DNA from: Octopus vulgaris
Taxonomy: Eukaryota
Length of the DNA: 64,000 nucleotides
Assembly (NCBI GenBank): GCA_951406725.2
Contig: OX597815.1
Span: 157,604,001 to 157,668,000, forward strand
Direction of reading: 5' to 3'
Shown: positions 56,401 to 64,000 of the stretch, piece after piece
Numbering within the stretch: the first letter of the stretch is position 1
How the letters are laid out: every line of letters starts with the position of its first letter
Notes under the pieces: model-generated
The model's database searches: none
Told to the model about the DNA's origin: nothing
Seen by the model: only the letters and a program-made list of their open reading frames with translations
Program-made: the position numbers and the translations under genes

Positions 56401-59400
56401 CCCACATGAACAAACAAAAAGCTAATGAGACAAAATATGTATTTAGTAACTGAACAAATACCCACCAAATCCCCCTGGGATCACTTCTGTCTTAAAAAGA
56501 GGAAAAACACATTGATTAATGAAACTGGATATAGAAAAAGAAGGATGGTCAATGCTAAAACAAGTCAACTTAGTCAAGATTGACCTGGGGGTTTAACAGC
56601 AATGTTAGAAAATTGTTGATCATATGTCTTTTCAAAATTGAGTTAGCTAAACAATAATGTACAGTGCCAATGAGGGAGATTCTTTGTGATTGTTTGACTT
56701 GATATAAATAATAAAGTTTCCCTCAAATACCACACAACGATCTTAAGAAAGGATACATTGAATAATGGAGTCCTAAAAACACTATATACACACGCACGCA
56801 CGCACGCACAGAGAGATAGAGAGTCAAGTGGTTGGTGAGAGCTGCACAAGCCATGTATAGGGACGCTACCAATAAGGTGAGGGTAGGCAACATAGTGAAA
56901 AATTCAGGGTACAATTAGGGGTTCACCAACAATCGGTCCTCAGCTCCTTCTTGTTCATCATAGTCCTCTAGGCAATAACAGGGGAATTTAAGATAGGCTG
57001 GGAGCTCCTCTATGCTGATGACCTTGCTCTTATAGCTGAGTCACTGTCAGAACTAGAGTTGTTCCAGGTATGGAAGCAAAGTTAAGAATTGAAGGGCCTT
57101 AGAGTTAACCTAGCAAAAACCAAAGTCTTAGTATGTAGGAAGGCAGACAGATTTCAAATCCCTCCAGGGAGATGGTCCTGCTTAATGTGTAGAAAAGGCA
57201 GAGGTAGAAACTCCATAAGATTCACCCAGTGTATGCTTTGGACACATAAAAGGTGCAGCAATAATCAGAGGAAAGTGTACAGAAAGTGTACAGAAAATAG
57301 ACTCCATCAACTGCCAGTGGAGTAAGCTAGAGGTAGTAGATAGCTTCCATTATCTAGGTGACCAAGTTAGTGAAGGTGGATGCTCCGAGAGCGTAGCTGT
57401 GAAAATAAGATTAGGTTGGGCAAAGTTCAGAGAGTTCCTATCTCTGCTGGCAATAGAGGGCCTCTCTTTCAGAGTGAAAATCAGATTTTATGATGCCTGT
57501 ATGCAAAACAGCTGTGCTACATGGCAGTGAACATGGGTTGTGACAGGCAAGGACATGCATGGGCTTGAAAGAAATGAAGCCAGTATGCTTCACTGGATGT
57601 GCAATGTCAGTGTACATGTTCAACAGTGTGTAAGCATCTTGAGAGAAAAGTTAGGCATAAGAGGCATCAAATGTGGTGTGCAAGAGAGACGACTGTGCTG
57701 GTATGGTCATATAATGTGTATGGACGAGGACAGTTGTGTAAATAAGTGTCAATCTCTAACTGTGGAGGGAACCTGTGGTAAAGGTAGACCCAAGAAGACA
57801 TGAAATGAGGTGGTGAAGCATGATCTTTGAACTTTGGGCCTCACAGAGGTAATGACTAGTGACCAAGACCTGTGGCAATATGCTGTGCTTGAGAAGACCC
57901 ATCAAACCAAGTGAAACTGTGGCTGATGCTGGTATCACATAAGTGGCACATAAAAAGCATCTTTCAAGTGTTGGGCCTCATGAAGGCAAAGTGGCTTAGC
58001 TTATTTCGTGTGTTGGGCCTCACAGGGGCAATGACCGAGATCTGTGGCATTATGTCGTGCTTGCGAAGAAGACCCATCAAGTCAAGCAAAATTGCAGTCA
58101 TGGCAAATATTGGTATCATTATATGGCACCCGTGCTGGTGGCACATAAAAGCACCCATTACACTCTCGGAGTAGTTGGCATTAGGAAGGGCATCCAGCCA
58201 TAGAAACTATGCCAAATTAGACTGCTGTCTGGTGCAGCCTTCCAGGTTGCCATCCCTGGTGAAACTGTCCATCTCATGTCAGCATGGACAATGGATGTTA
58301 AATGATATATATATATGTAAAATGACTGGATGTCCATGAGTGGAATGCTTTTTATCATTGGTTTGCTCAATCAGAGCTGATCTGGGGCTAAATAGCAACA
58401 ACTGTCATAAAGTTTCATATACAGATGATTTTGAGCTATCTCCTCATACCAGACTGAGCAGTGCAGCTGCTCTGTTCCTACACTTACAACCCAGAAACCT
58501 AGTCCTAAACACCAAATGTTGCTCCTACCAAACCAGTCCTTTTCCTTCCTGCTAGCAACCCCTAATGACATCAGATTCAGTCAACCATTGCAGTTAATTA
58601 CATGAACACATAATATGTGAATGCCAAAAGACTAAGAATTACATACAACTTCTGTAACAGCATGTATGGACAACATCATCATCACCATCATCGCGTAACG
58701 TCCGCTTTCCATGCTAGCATGGGTTGGACGATTTTGACAGAAGGCTGGCAAACCAGACGACCGCACCAGGCTCCAGTCTTGATCTGGCAGAATTTTTACA
58801 GCTGGATGCCCTTCCTAATGCTAACCACTCCGAGAGTGTAGTGGGTGCTTTTTACGTGCCACCGGCACAAGTCAATAAAACAAACAATGTTCAAATTTAC
58901 TAAGAGTGGCTATATTTGATTACATCAAAGATCCATAATTCATGTACAAACAATATATTAGATCCATAATGGTTTGTGTCAGTCAGTTTTGAATTTTCAA
59001 CCACAAATCATGAGATTACACAGCAGCACACTTCAGTCCTCGCAGGTTGTCTACACAATGAAACAAAAATACTCAAAATGAAAGGCATTTTGCTACACTA
59101 AGTCCAGCATTTACAATCTCTACTATTACATGTTCAGTCAGCCTCAAATACCCAGACAAAAACCATAAAACACTATCTCTCCCATTCGTGCATATCGCTA
59201 CAGATAATGCCAACTGCCACATTCTGATTGAATCTCAGTTTCACTGTGGCCACTTTTAGATCCTTCTGGCTGCTACATGTTCACTCAATATGTGAGAAAT
59301 ATATTGGGTAATGTTGTATTGGATACATGTACAAGAAATTGGCAGGTTAGTCATGGCTGGAGTAACTTTGATCATTGGTCTGATTACACAGGGCTAACCT

Positions 59401-61875
59401 GAGCCAAATAACAACTGAGATACAGGAACAAATAAATCAAATGAGGAAATGTATTATGTCTAAATTAACACAGTGTACCTCTTATGGTAAACCAGTACAT
59501 GTTAGAGTACATTGTCTGTTCCTCAACCAGAGCTGGGGCATGGTATATCCATAGTACTTGATCTGGATTTTACCCAGATTATTTGATTGATTAGTTGTGT
59601 TAGATGTTTCTTGATCAGGAGTGACACAGGACTTTACAACAACAACAAACTGCCTTTAGTAGCCTATATAAATTTTCGTCGGCTGGTGGTGGTGAGACAA
59701 TAGCATTTACCTCCCTTCGTTATTTAAAGTGCCTTTTTCTATTCTCTCTTTCTTTCCCCATCTCTCTTTCTCTCCTCACTCCTATCTCTTTTTCTTGATC
59801 TACTGTTTTTTCTCATAATTTTTTTTCCTAATTCATATATACATTGGAATTTTTTGTATCGAAGAAAAGATAGTTTGGGCTGAAAGCATAAGATACCTTT
59901 AATTTTTTTTTGTCATATTTTATGCTAGAAACCCATTTAATATTATAGGACTCATGGAAGTTGTTAATTATAATAAATGGACCCAGGTGAAGCCTTGAAA
60001 TAATGTTTATGTATATATATATATATGTGTGTACATATTTAATTTCTAAAGACACAAGGCGTCATATTTTAGGGTGGAATAAATTAAGTGTATTGACCAG
60101 CACTTATTTATTAACATCAGAAGAATGAAACCAAAATTGAACTTAGTGCTACTAAACTTTGCAAGGCATTTTTGTTGTTTCATCAGAAACCTGTTGACAT
60201 GTAGATATAATATATCTCTTCTTCTTACTCTCGTGGACATTGACTCTTAACTTGAGAGCACAGAGTCTTTCATTGGAGCTTTACATCATATAGTGAAAAA
60301 GGGAGTGAGAGTAAACAGAGAGATAGAGAGAGAGTTAACTTTAGAGGGGTAAGATGAGTCACATGCTATGCATGGTGGCAGGCAATGGTTAAGAGAGCAA
60401 GAATTATAGACATGAGGAGAGGGAGTAAATGACAATAGTTATGTACAAAGTTATAAAAATGGGAAATTAGCTTTATATAATATTATTTAAAGATATTAGA
60501 TATTTTTCTTTCAGAAATTAGTATTTATTTCATCATTTTGTATAAGCATCGAGAAACTCAATAGGCAGTTAAATTATAAATATTCTATGTATGCCATATT
60601 TCTTGATATTACCCATAGTGTTAAAAATATATTTCCAAAGTTCTGTCATACGACAGGTAACAGTCTAGTTCAAGTTCTAATGGGCATTTCATGAAAATTT
60701 CTTCTACATCTGATTTTTGTATAATAACTTTTAATATTTATAATAATCAAATATAATTTAGATATTTACAATATTCAACAATAATTTCCATATCTTTGTG
60801 ATACTTATATGTGTAAAGTTTAATTATTTTTTTTCTTTCTTTCCCTTCAGAATTTTAAATCTGATTTTAGTTCAATAACCACAGCTGGTGCATTTGAAGG
60901 CGATGAAAAACAGAAAATTCTAAATAAAGTTGTGTGTGAACACTTTTTACGTCAAGGAATGTTAGATATAGCTGAGGCATTGAATGAGGTTAGTAAATGG
61001 TGAATTTAACAATTTCATATATACTAAATAACCAAGTACAATCTATTTCACGTTCAAGACAAGGCCATTTGCCAGTTAAGCCTGTATACAAAAGCCCTGT
61101 AGACACCAACATTCTAGCAACCAATTAGTTCTTCTAATTGTCCTTTTCACTTACTATAAAATCACTTCATTCTGAATAGAGCATTAGGCCACTAACAACT
61201 TTTTTCCATTGTTTCAGAGGTGAGGCCTTCCTCTCCCAGGTTTTGTTGGTTTTAAATTGTCATTGATGCTTCAGTGACTTTGCTTCTTATCTAGGTAGGA
61301 GTATTGGCCCTTTTACATAGAACCAATACTCCTACCTTGATAATGGCCCGATGTAAATCTGTTTTTATAACTAGGAAGAGGTAATCCATATTAGTCTGCC
61401 TTTATCCATTGACCTGTCCAGCATGAGAGGCCCTACTTGGATTTTGTGCTTTGTGCATAGTTCTTAGGGTCATTGGAGGCACATAAGCCACCACACTAAC
61501 AGACTGGACCATGTGATAGTATTGTCCTTTCTATTGCTACTATAATGGTCTGTACTCTGATGAACTTTCGATAAACTCTCTTCTTACCTGTTTTTTTCCC
61601 CCCTCAACTACCTGGAAATGTGTAAATGCAATTACATTAACCTTGTTTAATTATTATTTGACAATTCTTGGAGGGTTCACTTAAAAGGTTATGAGAATGC
61701 TACTCAAATTGATGATTGAAAAAAAATGTTTTACTAACATATTTATCCAAGAATATTTTGTACATTATTTATAGGAAGCAGATCTCAATTTAGAAGAAAG
61801 TAGAAAAGAACCATTTTTGGAATTACATCGCATTTTAGAAGCTCTTAAAGAAAAAAATTTAGAACCTGCATTAAA
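47348..61875 (+). CDS. RMND5A: RMND5A/GID2-like E3 ubiquitin ligase (CTLH complex), exons 1-4; continues beyond the window
   Basis: MDICLTVEKELEKVLSKF..; HKDLHSTVSRVGKAIDR|NF; LisH LNKVVCEHFLRQGMLDIAEAL; CTLH start KEPFLELHRILEALKEKNLEPAL; phases consistent. Confidence 0.94.
48913..49097. mobile_element. Young CpG-rich fold-back MITE, 8-bp TSD
   Basis: ~58-bp TIRs TACTATTTAAGAAGAGTGGTCCCGGTGCGCGCACTCG..; TSD GATATTTG at 48905-48912 and 49098-49105. Confidence 0.9.
51673..51902 (+). mobile_element. Full-length young SINE (GCCTTTCATCCTTTCGGGGTCGATAAA core)
   Basis: 17-bp TSD AGGTATATATATGAACA at 51656-51672 and 51903-51919; GAGTTCAAATTCC B box. Confidence 0.9.
53100..53319. mobile_element. 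piggyBac-type MITE
   Basis: TTAA|CCCTTTTGTTACT...AGTAACAAAAGGG|TTGA. Confidence 0.78.
53932..55193 (-). mobile_element. Full-length but inactivated mariner (D,D34D) transposon
   Basis: 27-bp TIRs TCAGGTCATCCCATAAGTTCTGTCTGA (3 mismatches); TA TSD; 1262 bp. Confidence 0.93.
54007..55013 (-). pseudogene. Mariner transposase pseudogene
   Basis: MEVSKEHLRHIM.., WFAEFRSGDFSLEDEDRTG, WVPHEL, FHQDN, YSPYLAPSGYHLF; stops, frameshifts and lost catalytic Asp residues. Confidence 0.9.
55875..56020 (+). CDS. RMND5A: RMND5A exon 2
   Basis: PADHEVSATQSMVLSQSLRRVRDTVSRLSTEHKDLHSTVSRVGKAIDR. Confidence 0.94.
56810..58305 (+). mobile_element. 5'-truncated RTE-clade LINE (RT YADD, Cys/His insert, C-terminus, 3' UTR)
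   Basis: GVHQ..LFIIVL, WELLYADDLALIAE, GLRVNLAKTK, FHYLGD, ERRLCWYGH, GRPKKT; several stops. Confidence 0.9.
58673..58870 (-). mobile_element. RTE 3' UTR copy, inverted relative to 58140-58305
   Basis: CATCATCGCGTAACGTCCGCTTTCCATGCTAGCATGGGTTGGACG.. Confidence 0.8.
60851..60988 (+). CDS. RMND5A: RMND5A exon 3 (LisH)
   Basis: NFKSDFSSITTAGAFEGDEKQKILNKVVCEHFLRQGMLDIAEALNE. Confidence 0.94.
61775..61875 (+). CDS. RMND5A: RMND5A exon 4 (CTLH start)
   Basis: EADLNLEESRKEPFLELHRILEALKEKNLEPAL. Confidence 0.94.
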
Positions 61876-64000
61876 GTAAGTACACATGTTCCTCTTTTGT
61901 AAGTGTCAAAGTTAAAATATATTTTAAAAACCATTGTTTTTGAGTTTAATTACAGATATTTGCAAATTCCTTATCTAATTATAGATGTTATATTAATTTT
62001 ATTTAATCAGTTTAACTATATATCTCATGTCAGATTTGGAATTGTCCTTGTGTTATCCTGAGGCTAAATAGATTCTTTCAACATATACTGATAGAGAGCT
62101 ACTTGTCGGTTTTCTTGATGAATGCCTCCAAGTCAGCCATCATCAAACAAATCTATGATCAAAGGTGTTTCAGCTGTGACGATTTTGTTTTTAGTTTAGA
62201 CAGAGTATACTTGGACTATATTAAATGTATTTCATTTTCCCCTTTTTTAAAGCAATTGTTCTTACAATTGGAGGATTTACTAAAAGAAAAAATAGTTTGT
62301 TTGCCTTTATATTGTTTCTTTGGTATTCTATATTTTCACATGACATCATAGGTGTGTTGCTTTTTCTTCATTTCTGTTGAGTTATTATTTATTCATTATT
62401 TATTTTTCATTTGGATGATCTGTTAATAATAACCACTTAACTAGAATGTAGGAGTGGAACCTATTTTGTCAGTCAGGTAAATCCTGCATTTCTCTCTGCA
62501 TTGTGACGTTTTAAAATCTTTGACTTTCTGTATACTTATCTCATAGTAAGTAGATGGCAGAATCAGTTAAGTGTTGGCTCAAAATACCTTGTGGTAATTG
62601 ACTGTGCACTTTTATGTTGTAAGTTTAAATCTCTCCCAGTCAGCTTTGCTAATTATTAGTTGTGTATGTGTTTTCTCTTGTTCTGACATTACATGATATT
62701 TGTAAATGAGCCTAACTATCATATAAGTTATGCCATTCATTTCCAGTATTCCGAAAGACCTGTTTGGCCAAATATTTCCTTGTTTGGAAATGGGTAATGG
62801 TTGGTGAAAGGAAGGGCATCCAACCATAGAAAACCTATCTCAGTGAATTCCATCTGGTCCATGCAAGTATGAGAAAGTGGATGTTAAAATGATGATGAGA
62901 GTTGATAGAAATACTGGGATCAGCTGTGCCTAGAAGATGATGCTCTGACAAGGTCAAAGTTAGATGACTGACAACTGGTAAAAAAAATGAAAGATTTGAA
63001 TAATTATATTTAATATCATATTCCCATCTAATTCAGGTTATGACCCCTGATACTTATTGGCTATTAAAGGTGAGGAATTGACAGAACCTTTTGAGCATTG
63101 GATAGAATGTCTTGCTTTCTGTGATCCTCCTAAGATCAATTTTGCCTTTCATCCTTTTGTTGTCAATAAGTATTAAGTATGTGCATAGCTGTGTGGTTAA
63201 GAAGCTCCCTTTGCAACCATGTTGTTTTAGCTTTAGTCTCACTGCATAGCACCTTGGGCAAGTGTCTTCTATTATAGCCCTGTGCCAGCCAATGACTCAT
63301 GAGAGATTTTAATAAATGACAGTTGTGTGGAAACCCTTCAGATTAATATACCACTATTGACCAGACTATTGGATGTTGTTACACCCTGCTGGCTGCTTGC
63401 TAGGCAGGCAAGCTAACATTCCACCTGAGTAGACTGGAGCAACATGAAATGAAATGTTTTGTTCCTGAGTGCAACACTCTGTTGGTTTGGGAATTGAAAC
63501 ATTGATCTTGCAACTGTGAGTGCAACACTAACCACTAGGCCATGCTCCTTCACACACGCACACAACACACGTGTGTCTGTGTTTGTCCCCTCAGTTTGGC
63601 AAATGAGACTGATAGAATAAATATTAGATTGAAAAATAAGTATTGGGGTAGATTCTTCTTTACCTGGATTGTACTTTTGATTCTGATTCTGAAGTCCAGC
63701 CATGCCACATTGTGTCCTTCCTGAGTATTACACTAAGGGTACACATGTCTGTGGAATACTCAACCACTCATGTGTTAACTTCATGAGTAGGAATTCAATT
63801 TGTTGAACTACTGAATGTTCATTGTTGAAAATGACAGAGAGCCTTAAAGGTTTCTAGCATGAAGAAATTTATTTTCAGGTCTTGTTTGTTTGTATCTTCT
63901 CTTCTGCCGTTATAAATTCCTTAGATTATGTATTTCTGTTGGATGCTTGCTTAATTTTTATTTCTTTTAATGGCGTCAAAGATAAAAAAAATACAGTGTA

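Overview
AT-rich, intron-rich animal genomic DNA; the SINE/LINE repertoire is most consistent with an octopus (cephalopod), which is my inference from recalled repeat families. Three conserved protein-coding genes can be rebuilt by hand from GT-AG exons. (1) HIGD2A-like HIG1-domain gene: minus strand, 2 exons, 106 aa. (2) DEAD-box helicase DDX56/Dbp9: plus strand, 17 exons, 543 aa, head-to-head with HIGD2A, 277 bp between start codons. (3) The first four exons of RMND5A/GID2 (CTLH E3 ligase subunit): plus strand, running off the window. A possible small orphan gene lies tail-to-tail with DDX56 and appears to share one two-way poly(A) signal. The rest is transposon debris: RTE, CR1 and R4/Dong-like LINE pieces, tRNA-SINEs, a Penelope-like element with inverted pLTRs, a decayed mariner, and hAT, piggyBac and GG-ended MITEs. 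The most interesting non-coding signals are hammerhead-ribozyme folds. One is a complete type I fold on the sense strand of the HIGD2A intron, heading a ~400-bp non-coding element. The others are minimal hammerheads just downstream of a tRNA-like Pol III promoter in each Penelope arm. All calls were made by eye; no database search or folding program was run.
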